IMG/VR virus record: IMGVR_UViG_3300017708_000776
Coordinates: 1 to 62,649 of that record
Strand: one strand, 5' to 3'
DNA from: a virus
Lineage: Duplodnaviria > Caudoviricetes
DNA length: 62,649 nucleotides
Within the stretch, counting starts at the first letter, position 1, and each line of letters begins with the position of its first letter. Made by a program: the position numbers and the translations under genes. A model generated the notes under the pieces. That model was not told where the DNA came from, ran no database searches, and worked only from the letters and a program-made list of their open reading frames with translations. This document shows, piece by piece, positions 28,543-39,235 of this stretch.

Positions 28543-31500
28543 TTACGCCTGTGATTCACCCCATGTAATCCTTGATGATGCAGTGAACGGTTGGTTAGCA
28601 GTAATATTTGAGGTATCAACAACTTGAACCGCAACCGTTAGAATATCAGGCCCGTTCGGGAAGATACCGTTACCACCTAAGATTGAGTTACCCATGTCAA
28701 CCAAGTCTCCTAGTGAGAAGTTTGAGGTCGCAGATGAACCATCCTGACCACCAGAGGATCGGAATGAGAACACTTCGTTACCACCAGTAATCTGATCTCC
28801 AGACTCGTGTTTGATCAACTGTGACAATGATGGGGATCTAACATTTTCCCAAGCAACTGTACTAATATCTCCATTCAAGATAAGTTTTACTTCACAGTCA
28901 TGTGTCAAGATCATACCAACTTCTGCCAACTTCAACTGCATTCGGTTAATAATATCACGTTCACCAAGATCACCTGTCAAGTTGTTATCAACCGAAGGTG
29001 CAAGTCTTAGAGACACCAGAGGAACAATATCAGTACCAAGGTTAACAGTTGCATCACCAGAACCAGATGAACCAATGTTGACTGTAGTACCACTATTAAC
29101 CACTGGATACGTACCTGCAGAAGGAAAACTATAACCAGAAGAAATATAAATGTGAACCCTAACTGTAGATCCACTATAGTCTGTATAAGCAACCTCTTGA
29201 CCGTTCAAACTATTGTCTGAAGTAAAAAGTTTTGTACCAGTAGAGAACTTAGATGCATCACTTGAACTAAATGGTAATCTTACATAGAAGTCATACTGTC
29301 TCGTACCTCTATTATATCTGTAAGACAGAGACGAATTATTATTCGTGTTAGCAGTATTTGACTGACCGTTAGTAAATGTCAAGTTCTTAGAAGGAGCAGT
29401 AAATAGATACGCATTATCGTCATCGAATGTACCATCCATGATGATTGAAGTACCCCAGTGGAATAGTGAGGGTGCGTATGTTGGGTTTTCATTGTTTTCG
29501 ATTTCATACTTAGCAGGTAAGTTACCAGATCTCATATATGCTTCGTCTAGTCTGTTGTTGTGAATAAACTCGTGCACATATCTCACGTGACCTTTACGAT
29601 CTTTAAATCCAAATCTAATTTTACCTGCACCATACCATGAGTAGTCCATGTATCCCATCTGGATCTTAGATGTGTCTAGAAGGAAACCTTGTTTACCACT
29701 TCCATCAGCCTTGTCTATATTCCAATCATCTTGAGGGACTCTAACATCAATAGTTTTTGTCAGAATAATACCATCAGAAGATACACCTCTATACTGAGGT
29801 TGAACAAACATTTCAGTTCTGCTTTCTATTTTAACAATCTTATATGTTTGTCCACGGATAACAACTTTGTCACCTTTTACTAACTGTCCAGTAAAGTTTG
29901 TATTTACACCAGTGATGAGACCACTGTTTTTATTTGCAGCGACTGTACCAGACAACTGAGTAGTAGATGAACGTCTTACACAGTTTAGAACTGTACCATC
30001 CCATTCAAAAAAGAAACCATTCTGATTGTCAAACATACCTGATCTAACAGCAGACCCAGAGTAACCGTTAACAACATATTGAACTATACCAGAAGGAATA
30101 GATTGGTTAGGTGCAGCTGATGCAGTATATGTGAAATTATAATCATCTACTACACTTGCAACAATTTGCACACCATTGAAATCTCCATCTGAAGCACCAG
30201 TGATTGTTAACTGCATTCCAACAGATAATCTGTGAGGATATTTTGTTCTACATCTTACAGTTGTTCCATTTGAAGTAATTGTTTCTAAAATTACAGGTGG
30301 GTTAAAGTTAATCGCAAGTGATGTCTGGATACCTTTACCTGACTGATAACGGAAGTACTTACGTGTTTGTCTGGTAATCTGTGAAAGTGGAGCAAGACCT
30401 GCACCGATTTCGACACCACCATCAAACGGTCTGTGTACTGAGTAACCATCTGGTTTAGCATAAATGTTTGTTTTCACAAAGTGTGGTGCATCAGATTTAC
30501 TGAATGAAACTGGTTCTGTGAGTTCCATGTTTTCATCATCTGAGATAACAGCAATCTGGTGTTCATCCAAACGGCCAGGATCTGACGAATCGTTCTTAAT
30601 GAAGATTGTATCACCTGCTTTGAAGAAACGTTTAAACAGTGTTTGGTTACCGACAATCTTTTTAGAATTTTCTGTAGCAATAATTGTACCGTTTGCCAAA
30701 CTTCTACCTGCGATAGATGTTGTTGAAATTGTATGATTAGAGTTTGCAGAGTCAGTACTTGTAACTATAGGATCGTTTCCAGCGATAGCATCTAAACTAC
30801 TACTATGCAACGAGAAGTATACATCGTCAATAGCATTCACGAAGAATTCACCACCATCTGTAAGACCAGTCAGTGAACTATCTTCAGTTGTATTGTATAC
30901 AACCTTTGTACCAGACAAGAAGTTATGACCACCTACAATTTGCATAACACCACTGTCAGCACTATCTGCTTTTATAACCTCAGTATTACCCTCGATTAAG
31001 AATGGAGTATCTAGTTTGATAAATCTTTCTCCAACAGATTCTGCAGTGAATGAACCATCAGCCGCACCTTGAACATCATCAATACTAAATTTGATAAAGT
31101 TTGCAGAGTCAAAGTTTCCACCACTATCTGTTAAGTCAATCAATGCACCGTTATTAGATACACTAAATCTATCATTACTGATAACGTTAGCAGTTACGGT
31201 ATCATTCAGATTGAATGTTGGGTTTATGAAAGAAGCATCTAAATCAGTAATCATTCTTTCCACAAGTCTTACAATATCTGAAGACTGAATATTAAGTGAA
31301 GATGTTCCTGCGAAGAACAATCTAATATTTACTTCATCTTGTTTATAACTAAAGTCTGCGAGGTATGAATAGGAACTACGTGAGTTGTATCGATAAGAAT
31401 AATTATACAAACCACTACCATTTACATTATATCCAGACCAACCAGCATTAGGTTGTGCTTTACCAAGTGTTAATGATACCTGAGTAAAACTGTCACTATA

Positions 31501-34242
31501 GTCAACATAGGTGTAAGCAAAAGAATATCGCCATAGATCACCAGTTGTTGGCCCTGTAAAACTACCATCGTAATCACTTGAGTAGTAATCAGTATAAACA
31601 TAGTTATATCTGTGACCCATATACGTATAGTTGTAATGTCTCCAGTATGCATTAGAATTATATTGACCATCTTGTCCACCATGTGCCGCATCAGAACCAA
31701 ATGTAAAATCAATATAGTATGGAATTGATGTGTACTGTTGCCATGGAGTCGCAAGTCTAAAAATACCGAACCCTTTTGCACCACTAACCGTATCGAATAT
31801 GTTTTTAGGTGTAGTAAGATCAAACCTACCTAAGTAAACATCCGAATAGTTGTAATTACTGTTACTATAAACACTTGTTCCACCTTTTACAACTTGCAAG
31901 TAATTTGAATTTGAGTACTGTAGGTTGATATAACTTAAACCGTTACTACTAGTACCAGCTCCCTCTGTCAATCTACTTGATTGACCATTGTGATTAGATG
32001 TTATAAAGTTTTTGTGTGCACTAAAATCCGAGTGGTTTTGAATATGATCACTAACTGCATCATTAACAACGTTTGCAAAAAATGGCGCATTACCTTGTGA
32101 ACTTAATTTCCACTTGGGTGATACTGCACCAGTGGGAACTGAAGGTAATGTTGGACTTCCAACTTTACCAACTCTCATAGATTTACCATCAATCAAACCA
32201 TGTTGTGATACAAAGAATGAGTTTGCATTCGGGTTCGCAACATTACCAACTATTTCATAACCACCGTTTGAGTCTGTGACAGCAGTAGCAAGTCTTTGAC
32301 CACTGAGTTTAAATCTATCTTGAGAAACAACATCAACAGAGTAATCTCCATCACTCAATGTACTATTGTTGACAGTGTCACCCATATATGTACCACTGTT
32401 CACAGTCGGTGCATTGCCGGATTTTGTTGTAAATGTTATAGCATCACCTGCACTTAATCCATGATTCTCGGCAAATAAGGTATCTGCTTCTTCATCATAG
32501 ATAAATGGGAATACAAATACTCTACGACTTGACCAATAGTAACTATAACTACCAGAATAATAGTATGTTTGAAATCTAAAATAAGCACTACTGTAAGTGT
32601 AGGTGTAACTATTCCATGAGTAGTTTCTCCATCTACCAAAGTCTTCGATTGGATTCCAACGTGATGGATGATTAGTAGGTACAGTATTATCATACTCTGG
32701 AAAATCTTGGTATTGATAATGATTACTACCATAGACGTTATAGTAGTTTTGATACTCTGGTCTATAATAATCTAACCATCTTGCACTATAGCCAGGATAT
32801 GAATAGTTACGAGTCATAATCATAAGACCGTCTTCTTTCTTAGAACCTAGTCCATAGAAAGTTTGTCCAGTCGCTGGATCTGACTGTGAGTATTGACGCA
32901 TATCATAACCAGAATAATTAGCACTATTGTACCAGTTACCCCAAGTATAGTGATATGTGTATGAGTTTCTGTAACTCTTGGATGAATATCTTAATTCGTA
33001 AATGAGGTGTAGTGAGTGTTGACCCATACTTGTGTCACCTGCACTACTTAAATTAATTGCAGAACCATTCTGAGAAGTAGTAAGTTGGAAATTGTCATTG
33101 TCAAGTTTTCTAACATAATATATTTCAAATCTATCTAATCCACCAATTCCAACTGCACCTGCAGGTGGTACGTAAAGAAGACAATAGTTTGTATTAAGAT
33201 TGTGACTAGGCCAGTAAATACTGTTAGCACCAGTGTCTACATCAGATGAAGTAAAATATCTACTATATCTACCACGTGTTGCGTTTGTTTTTGTTTTAGA
33301 TAAATCTAAAGAAAGTGATCTCTGAAATGTATCTCGTTTATCAATAAAAGGATCTCCGTCTGGAGCAGTTTTGTTATCTTCAACTTTTAGTGATTTGGAC
33401 GCAATAGTGTTAACAAGATAGAACTGTGATCCATCGACAAAACCATGAACATCAGGAGTGTTAATTGTAATCGTGGAAGGGTCTAACTCATCTGTCTCTA
33501 GACCTGAGTCTTGAGAATAAGGAATCTGAGAACCTGCATAGAAAGAACCAGGCGTGATAGCAGAATAAAGAGAACCAATTTCACCAGTAACAGTTTGTGG
33601 TGCGTTTGCACGATAAAAGAAATTGTTTGAATCTGCTTCAAGAATTAGGAATTTACCTTCTGCAGTTCTAAAGTCTAAACCTGCAACATCAATTGGTGTA
33701 CCCACAACTAAGTTGTGTGCATCTGTACATGCAACTTTAATAACATCAGAACCAACGATTGAAGTAATAGTATCAACAATACTGAGAGCAGTATCACCGT
33801 CTGCAACAAAGAATGAAGGAACGTTATTCGATAGTTCTAGTGTTTCCCACTTAGTAGGTTGAAGACCATATTCAAAGTCAGTATCAATTAGGTTTTCTGG
33901 TGTTGAAACTCGGATCTTGTGTACAGGATCTAATAGTGAGTCTGAAACTTCCATTTCCATTTCTGGATGGTCTACAATAATCTGCACTTGTGATGTTGAA
34001 TCGATGCTGTATGCACCCATATCAAATTCTAAGAAGATCGTAGTCTCTTCAGTAAATGTGTCAAAATTTACACCCTTATGTCCCTTTGTCGTATCCGCAA
34101 AGTTGTACATAATTGTGCCACCAGTTTCTGGTGTGACATCTGTAATTAACTGAATTTGTTCCGCACGATAAAACCCTTTAATAGTGATCTTGTCACTATC
34201 GGAGTTAATTCTGTAATCGGTTGCTAAAAGTTTCTTCGCCAT
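28543..34242 (-). CDS. Large virion structural protein (1899 aa)
   Basis: IDTDFEYGLQPTKWE N-terminus, repeated H-x-L-x-x-G beta modules, Tyr-rich centre; late gene cluster. Confidence 0.75.
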   Translation of the reverse strand: MAKKLLATDYRINSDSDKITIKGFYRAEQIQLITDVTPETGGTIMYNFADTTKGHKGVNFDTFTEETTIFLEFDMGAYSIDSTSQVQIIVDHPEMEMEVSDSLLDPVHKIRVSTPENLIDTDFEYGLQPTKWETLELSNNVPSFFVADGDTALSIVDTITSIVGSDVIKVACTDAHNLVVGTPIDVAGLDFRTAEGKFLILEADSNNFFYRANAPQTVTGEIGSLYSAITPGSFYAGSQIPYSQDSGLETDELDPSTITINTPDVHGFVDGSQFYLVNTIASKSLKVEDNKTAPDGDPFIDKRDTFQRSLSLDLSKTKTNATRGRYSRYFTSSDVDTGANSIYWPSHNLNTNYCLLYVPPAGAVGIGGLDRFEIYYVRKLDNDNFQLTTSQNGSAINLSSAGDTSMGQHSLHLIYELRYSSKSYRNSYTYHYTWGNWYNSANYSGYDMRQYSQSDPATGQTFYGLGSKKEDGLMIMTRNYSYPGYSARWLDYYRPEYQNYYNVYGSNHYQYQDFPEYDNTVPTNHPSRWNPIEDFGRWRNYSWNSYTYTYSSAYFRFQTYYYSGSYSYYWSSRRVFVFPFIYDEEADTLFAENHGLSAGDAITFTTKSGNAPTVNSGTYMGDTVNNSTLSDGDYSVDVVSQDRFKLSGQRLATAVTDSNGGYEIVGNVANPNANSFFVSQHGLIDGKSMRVGKVGSPTLPSVPTGAVSPKWKLSSQGNAPFFANVVNDAVSDHIQNHSDFSAHKNFITSNHNGQSSRLTEGAGTSSNGLSYINLQYSNSNYLQVVKGGTSVYSNSNYNYSDVYLGRFDLTTPKNIFDTVSGAKGFGIFRLATPWQQYTSIPYYIDFTFGSDAAHGGQDGQYNSNAYWRHYNYTYMGHRYNYVYTDYYSSDYDGSFTGPTTGDLWRYSFAYTYVDYSDSFTQVSLTLGKAQPNAGWSGYNVNGSGLYNYSYRYNSRSSYSYLADFSYKQDEVNIRLFFAGTSSLNIQSSDIVRLVERMITDLDASFINPTFNLNDTVTANVISNDRFSVSNNGALIDLTDSGGNFDSANFIKFSIDDVQGAADGSFTAESVGERFIKLDTPFLIEGNTEVIKADSADSGVMQIVGGHNFLSGTKVVYNTTEDSSLTGLTDGGEFFVNAIDDVYFSLHSSSLDAIAGNDPIVTSTDSANSNHTISTTSIAGRSLANGTIIATENSKKIVGNQTLFKRFFKAGDTIFIKNDSSDPGRLDEHQIAVISDDENMELTEPVSFSKSDAPHFVKTNIYAKPDGYSVHRPFDGGVEIGAGLAPLSQITRQTRKYFRYQSGKGIQTSLAINFNPPVILETITSNGTTVRCRTKYPHRLSVGMQLTITGASDGDFNGVQIVASVVDDYNFTYTASAAPNQSIPSGIVQYVVNGYSGSAVRSGMFDNQNGFFFEWDGTVLNCVRRSSTTQLSGTVAANKNSGLITGVNTNFTGQLVKGDKVVIRGQTYKIVKIESRTEMFVQPQYRGVSSDGIILTKTIDVRVPQDDWNIDKADGSGKQGFLLDTSKIQMGYMDYSWYGAGKIRFGFKDRKGHVRYVHEFIHNNRLDEAYMRSGNLPAKYEIENNENPTYAPSLFHWGTSIIMDGTFDDDNAYLFTAPSKNLTFTNGQSNTANTNNNSSLSYRYNRGTRQYDFYVRLPFSSSDASKFSTGTKLFTSDNSLNGQEVAYTDYSGSTVRVHIYISSGYSFPSAGTYPVVNSGTTVNIGSSGSGDATVNLGTDIVPLVSLRLAPSVDNNLTGDLGERDIINRMQLKLAEVGMILTHDCEVKLILNGDISTVAWENVRSPSLSQLIKHESGDQITGGNEVFSFRSSGGQDGSSATSNFSLGDLVDMGNSILGGNGIFPNGPDILTVAVQVVDTSNITANQPFTASSRITWGESQA

Positions 34243-34245
34243 GTT

Positions 34246-34572
34246 TTATCCTAACGCCACTGCAAGTGCTATGACAGTGGACTGTGATACGCCGCCACCG
34301 CCACCACCTCCTCCTCCAGAAAAATTCGGAAGGTCAATCGTACCGCCTGTTGCAACTAAATTATTTAAAGAGGTATTTCCATCAACATCAAGATTCCTAG
34401 TGACGTTTACGTCTCTAGTAACATTCACATCTCTACCTGCATTTACATCCACACCAACAGTCGCAGTTCCAGAGATATAACTATGTCTAAACTGTACTGA
34501 AGAATGACCTAGATCATTATCTGTGTGGCCTGGTATTATTCCATCTTCTACTCTAAATGCCGCTTTTGCCAT
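34246..34572 (-). CDS. Small structural protein with RDVNVT repeats, Gly run and IALAVALG end
   Basis: Directly after late promoter; short internal repeats. Confidence 0.65.
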   Translation of the reverse strand: MAKAAFRVEDGIIPGHTDNDLGHSSVQFRHSYISGTATVGVDVNAGRDVNVTRDVNVTRNLDVDGNTSLNNLVATGGTIDLPNFSGGGGGGGGGVSQSTVIALAVALG

Positions 34573-34593
34573 GAGAACCTCTTATTTTGTATC

Positions 34594-34601
34594 TATTTAT
34601 A
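34594..34601 (-). promoter_or_regulatory. T4-type late promoter
   Basis: TATAAATA. Confidence 0.75.
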
Positions 34602-34605
34602 CACC

Positions 34606-35040
34606 TTATGTTGGTTTAGGTGTGTCTATTCTTTTAAATGAAAAGTTTAAACCTTGACTGATTTGTGGATCTGCCTTGATTGAAACCGTATCACTTGAAT
34701 CAATTGATGCATCATACATGACTATCGTACTTGCACCATGTAGTAATGTTCCATATGTTGTTAATGTTGCGGTGTCTCCATCATGGGACACATAAATTTG
34801 TTGTGCTTGGTGTTCACTATCGCCATCAGTATTACAACTGATTGTATAGAATGCAGAACGAATAGCAGTACCATCAAAAGTATTGATAGTTCCTTCATTT
34901 GAGTCTGCAAGAGTTGCAGTACCTACAACGACCTCTACTGTCTCTGTAAATGATGCGTCTCTTTCACTTCTTAATTTTACTGCCCCAGAACTCTGGGTTT
35001 CGAACGAAGATGCTATTTGTCTATTCTTTGTACCCATCAT
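34606..35040 (-). CDS. Putative structural protein
   Basis: RSAFYTIS...HDGDTATLTTYG beta-rich domain; ATGA overlap. Confidence 0.65.
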   Translation of the reverse strand: MMGTKNRQIASSFETQSSGAVKLRSERDASFTETVEVVVGTATLADSNEGTINTFDGTAIRSAFYTISCNTDGDSEHQAQQIYVSHDGDTATLTTYGTLLHGASTIVMYDASIDSSDTVSIKADPQISQGLNFSFKRIDTPKPT

Positions 35041-35429
35041 GAACTCCAAGTCTGTATTGCAGGGTTTCCACCACTTTCGGCATTGGCAAGTTGTACCCTT
35101 AGTGTGCTTACTAAATTGTTTGCAGAATCTGCAGTATTTTGTGCCACTGCAACTTCATTAATCGGACTGTTTAAAACGTGTGTGTCTACAAGAGTATAGT
35201 TTTTAAAATAATCCGAATCTATTGGATTACCCGAATCAATCAAAGTATGACTTTGCAAAGCAGTGTAGTTAGAATCACCAACATTGTAAAGAGATACAAT
35301 CACTTCATTATTTTTAATTAAAATATAACTTGAATCTCCATAGATATAATCATTCTGATTACTATCATCCTGACTCCATGGAGTATCCATGTGATATGTT
35401 GAATCCGTATAACCTGTTCTTGTAGGCAT
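35037..35429 (-). CDS. DS-rich hypothetical structural protein
   Basis: 130 aa with 7 DS dipeptides. Confidence 0.65.
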   Translation of the reverse strand: MPTRTGYTDSTYHMDTPWSQDDSNQNDYIYGDSSYILIKNNEVIVSLYNVGDSNYTALQSHTLIDSGNPIDSDYFKNYTLVDTHVLNSPINEVAVAQNTADSANNLVSTLRVQLANAESGGNPAIQTWSS

Positions 35430-35432
35430 TTA

Positions 35433-36653
35433 TTAGGTTCCGCCCTCTGGGAATAAGTAAACTGCACTGTTAGAGTGTGCGTGATCAGGCCCCCATTCGT
35501 AAGTATAACCAGTACTTGAGGTATCTAACCCTCCGACTTTATATACTCTGAATGCTCTATATGCATTACCATCACCATCGACTACACGTTCACCACTATA
35601 AAAAGAATCATCAGCAGTTCTCCACATACCTATTAATCTTGCCCATTCTTTATAATCTATATGATCGTTTCCTAATCTTACGTTTCCGATATGAGGACAA
35701 AACAATAAAGGTTGCATTACAAATCCTTTATCACCATTTGATAATGGGGTTCTTCCGTACATTGCATACCAAGAGGGTGGCATAACAGAGGCATAAGAAT
35801 CGTATGCAGTAGTGGAAGAGTATTGACCCATCTGATAAGATGAGGTCATACTGTCATAGTGGTTACTACCATTCATAGAGTTCTTTCCATACATCTGAAC
35901 TTTACCAAAAAGATTTCCCGACTGTGTACCAGAAGTATTAGTTTTTCCAATCGTATTATTAAACTCTAGGTTATATTCTGCGTGATAAATTGCCACTGTA
36001 GGACAGTGATATGGAAAATTTGATCTAGTATAATTATCATAATTTGATTGATACTCTTGGTCAACCATTGCAAAAAACATGTCTGGAGCACTTGTGTCAT
36101 ATGGACTTATATTAAGTTTAAGCACAAAAACCTTATCGTTGACAATTCCTTCTATTGAATGCCAATAATATGGAGTGTTATAACTAATTGATGGATCGCT
36201 TGAAGACCCACCATCCAACCACCCAGACGTAGAGTTAGGAAATCTATTACTCATTCCATTTTTACTATTCGACATATTTGTGCCCATTCTTGGAACCATG
36301 TTATATGTACCATTTGTGTCGAGGGAAAATCCTCTCTGCATATCGGCATTTGTATTGTCTTGAAGATATCCATGATGTCTTTTATAAAACTGAAAAAAGT
36401 ACTCATCACTTGCATCACTCGAACCGACATTATTATAAGCATTAGTCGTGTGGTATATACCAGTGCTTGGTCTAGCACCAGTTATAATAGATGCACTTTG
36501 ATTAAAGTAAGACGAATCAAGACCAGCTGTGGTAGTGATGGAACCCAGAATAACATTCATGAGATCTGACAATACATATCTTTTGTGGGATGCGTAGTTC
36601 ATATTTGTTGAACCACCAAACGCTGTACTGTTTGTTACTAATTTAAAATACAT
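35433..36653 (-). CDS. Putative structural protein
   Basis: Start MYFKLV via TAATG overlap; S/N/Y/G-rich. Confidence 0.65.
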   Translation of the reverse strand: MYFKLVTNSTAFGGSTNMNYASHKRYVLSDLMNVILGSITTTAGLDSSYFNQSASIITGARPSTGIYHTTNAYNNVGSSDASDEYFFQFYKRHHGYLQDNTNADMQRGFSLDTNGTYNMVPRMGTNMSNSKNGMSNRFPNSTSGWLDGGSSSDPSISYNTPYYWHSIEGIVNDKVFVLKLNISPYDTSAPDMFFAMVDQEYQSNYDNYTRSNFPYHCPTVAIYHAEYNLEFNNTIGKTNTSGTQSGNLFGKVQMYGKNSMNGSNHYDSMTSSYQMGQYSSTTAYDSYASVMPPSWYAMYGRTPLSNGDKGFVMQPLLFCPHIGNVRLGNDHIDYKEWARLIGMWRTADDSFYSGERVVDGDGNAYRAFRVYKVGGLDTSSTGYTYEWGPDHAHSNSAVYLFPEGGT

Positions 36654-36904
36654 TACTCTGTTACCTCTACACAATCTGAGGAGAGTTGGATCTCTCCAGC
36701 TGAATCTTCCCATGTTGCAATACCTGTATAAACGGTTCCTGCCCATGTACCAAAAGATTTCGGGTGACTTAAACTTGAATTAGTGAATCTGTTTAATATT
36801 TTTTCTTCAGTGGCGTCTTCAATTTTGTACAGAACGATATTCTCGCTACTGTCATACCCATACTGTTTCGCCAATGCTGACTTATGTTCTGCGCTTAACG
36901 CCAT
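36653..36904 (-). CDS. Hypothetical protein
   Basis: 83-aa ORF with AGGAGA RBS. Confidence 0.7.
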   Translation of the reverse strand: MALSAEHKSALAKQYGYDSSENIVLYKIEDATEEKILNRFTNSSLSHPKSFGTWAGTVYTGIATWEDSAGEIQLSSDCVEVTE

Positions 36905-36914
36905 TGGTATTCTC

Positions 36915-38594
36915 CTATTTGTATACTATAACCAAACTTAAATTCTGACCTTCTGTTCCAGTAGATCCTACTTGAGTGATATCAACTGTTAGATAATCAC
37001 CTGCATTCATTGTTGTTGTTAATCCTGTTAAAGATCCGTTAGTAGCACCTGCAGCGATTGAAGGTGTTGCTATTGATGATCCATTCTTATTTACTCTAAG
37101 GTTTAAACTAGCACCTGCAGGTGCAGTTTGTACGTATGCACTCATACTTTGTATTGTAAGTGCTCTTGGCGCATACCATCTTGCAGTTCCATTCAATACA
37201 TATAATGTCTGGTTCTGAGTAAGAGTTGTGTGTTGTTCTGTACTACCAACTCTTGCAGTCACATAATCCGAGTCTACTACTGCAGAAATATTTGCTCTTG
37301 CACTAATATAATCTGAATCAATTACTTCAGAAACATTTGTTGATGACAATCTGGAACTTACATAGTTTGAGTCTACAATCGCAGAGACAGAACCAGAGTC
37401 CACTCCACTAACTCTTGCATTCACATAGTTTGAGTCTACAATCGCAGAGACAGAACCAGAATCTACACCACTGACTCTCGCGTTTATATAACTTGAATCA
37501 ATTAAACTTAGAGCAACTGACGAGTCTATTGCTCTCTCATCAATCTCTTCTCTTACTCTAGTAACAAAAGATGGCGTTTTATCCATGTAATGACCTAAGT
37601 CTTGAGGTTCATACTTACCTTTTGTTGGATTCCAAGCTAAACACATTTGACCAACAATCTTTGGTGACTCTTTTAATCTTATACGAGTCTTGTGTTGTTC
37701 TTGTGCGTGTTGAAAATATATGTAAGTTTCTCCGTCACCACTAGAGTCAACTTTTAAATCTTTTATTGTAAGTGTACCATTCATCGCTTGGTGATTACCA
37801 CATTGATATCCCAATGTGTCTGGTGCGTCTGCAGGAACTACGAATGTCAAGGTTGCATCTGTACCAGAACTACCCTGTGCTCTAGAGTTGGTTACACCAC
37901 TTGTATATTCTCCACCGTAGGTAGTCGCTGCAAATTCACCATTGCTATCCGTTGTAAGATAAAATGGATGTCCACTTGTGGTAGAATCTAGAACAAAGTT
38001 ATATGTATTACCTCTGTACAGAGGCCCAAGTTCTGGATTACTTCCAGTAGCAATACCAGAGAAAGTATATGCACCTGTCTCTGCACCAATGTTATATGTT
38101 TGCGTAGAACTGTTTAGTGTTAGCATCGCTGGGGTTATGGTTGCAGGAACTTGCCATGTAAGTCTTTGTACTTTTTGTGGTGTATCTGTAATACCTTCAA
38201 ACGCAACTGTAAAACTACTATCGTATGTTACCCAGTCTACTAGGTTTGCATCGCCTGGTTCTTCAATCCATTTCATTTTTATAGAGTGCGTCTGCGTAGA
38301 GTTTCCGTTTGTGTTGTACGCGGCAAAGTTATCAAGTTGGTATGTACCTCGTTTATAGAGAGGTATTTCATTTTCCATAGACAAACTAATTGGTTCTCTT
38401 GCATATGGTAATGTTGTTGGATTCCAACTCCATAACCAATGAGCATTCTGACCTGCACCTCGAACATCAGTCGCAAAGTTTAATGTCTCTGGGTCGATAG
38501 TATTGTCTATCATTCCTGAGAGTCTATCTGATGATATGTTACCTGCAGAATCTTTAACTAAACTTGCGAGTCTTCTATTTCTTGATATTGCCAT
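36915..38594 (-). CDS. Fibre-like protein with a cupredoxin-like motif and DS repeats
   Basis: GHPF...YQCGNHQAM; repeated (V/I)DSxY(V/I)xAR. Confidence 0.7.
   Translation of the reverse strand: MAISRNRRLASLVKDSAGNISSDRLSGMIDNTIDPETLNFATDVRGAGQNAHWLWSWNPTTLPYAREPISLSMENEIPLYKRGTYQLDNFAAYNTNGNSTQTHSIKMKWIEEPGDANLVDWVTYDSSFTVAFEGITDTPQKVQRLTWQVPATITPAMLTLNSSTQTYNIGAETGAYTFSGIATGSNPELGPLYRGNTYNFVLDSTTSGHPFYLTTDSNGEFAATTYGGEYTSGVTNSRAQGSSGTDATLTFVVPADAPDTLGYQCGNHQAMNGTLTIKDLKVDSSGDGETYIYFQHAQEQHKTRIRLKESPKIVGQMCLAWNPTKGKYEPQDLGHYMDKTPSFVTRVREEIDERAIDSSVALSLIDSSYINARVSGVDSGSVSAIVDSNYVNARVSGVDSGSVSAIVDSNYVSSRLSSTNVSEVIDSDYISARANISAVVDSDYVTARVGSTEQHTTLTQNQTLYVLNGTARWYAPRALTIQSMSAYVQTAPAGASLNLRVNKNGSSIATPSIAAGATNGSLTGLTTTMNAGDYLTVDITQVGSTGTEGQNLSLVIVYK
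37361..37486. repeat. 63-bp tandem repeat (21-aa unit, ARVSGVDSGSVSAIVDSNYVN)
   Basis: catagtttgagtctacaatcgcagagacagaaccaga at 37361 and 37424. Confidence 0.85.
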
Positions 38595-38598
38595 TCTT

Positions 38599-39159
38599 CT
38601 ATCCCACAGTTCCAGTTACACTAAACGAATCAGTTATTGCGCCAGTAGGTGATACAGTTTTTAATTCAAAATAACTAAACCTAAAAGATGCGGCGAAGGT
38701 AATAAATTCTGTACCACTTGCAGTTGATAAGAATTGGATATCTCCTAATGATGTAGGCATCGCATCTATATATCTAACTTGCATTGTTGTGTTGTTATGA
38801 CTTGACATGATAGACAATGTGATATCTGCATATGTAGGTGGTTTGTCTGCTTTTTGCATTCTAGTTTGGTTGTCGAGATTAGTTACCTGATTTCTTAGTA
38901 TCCATGAATACATTTCAGAATAACTTTCCATATTTTCATCCAAAAGAATATCACAAGATAATTCGTTTATGGTTAATGACTCGCCAGGAAATGGTATACC
39001 CGCCATCCTTCTTACAGGCATTTCTGCAGAAGGCATTATCAGGCCTGGATGCGTAACCTGTTGACAAAAGAATTCCAAGTTAGGAAAGTTCTTCCTGTCG
39101 ATAACTAGTTTAAAACTAGTAGGTTGTAAGTAATTAAAATTGTCTGTTAGATCTGCCAT
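38599..39159 (-). CDS. 3: Tail completion/tube terminator gp3
   Basis: NYLQPTSFKL, FFCQQVTHPG, ASFRFSYF; immediately downstream of gp23. Confidence 0.8.
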   Translation of the reverse strand: MADLTDNFNYLQPTSFKLVIDRKNFPNLEFFCQQVTHPGLIMPSAEMPVRRMAGIPFPGESLTINELSCDILLDENMESYSEMYSWILRNQVTNLDNQTRMQKADKPPTYADITLSIMSSHNNTTMQVRYIDAMPTSLGDIQFLSTASGTEFITFAASFRFSYFELKTVSPTGAITDSFSVTGTVG

Positions 39160-39164
39160 AACAC

Positions 39165-39172
39165 TATTTATA
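39165..39172 (-). promoter_or_regulatory. T4-type late promoter
   Basis: TATAAATA. Confidence 0.75.
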
Positions 39173-39185
39173 CAAAAAAAGAGTT

Positions 39186-39213
39186 AAAAAAAAGGTGGGG
39201 AAAACCCCACCTC
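39186..39213 (-). terminator. Rho-independent terminator after gp23
   Basis: AGGTGGGG-TTTT-CCCCACCT followed by a T run. Confidence 0.85.
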
Positions 39214-39235
39214 TTTATTTTTTTTTAAGTAGTAC

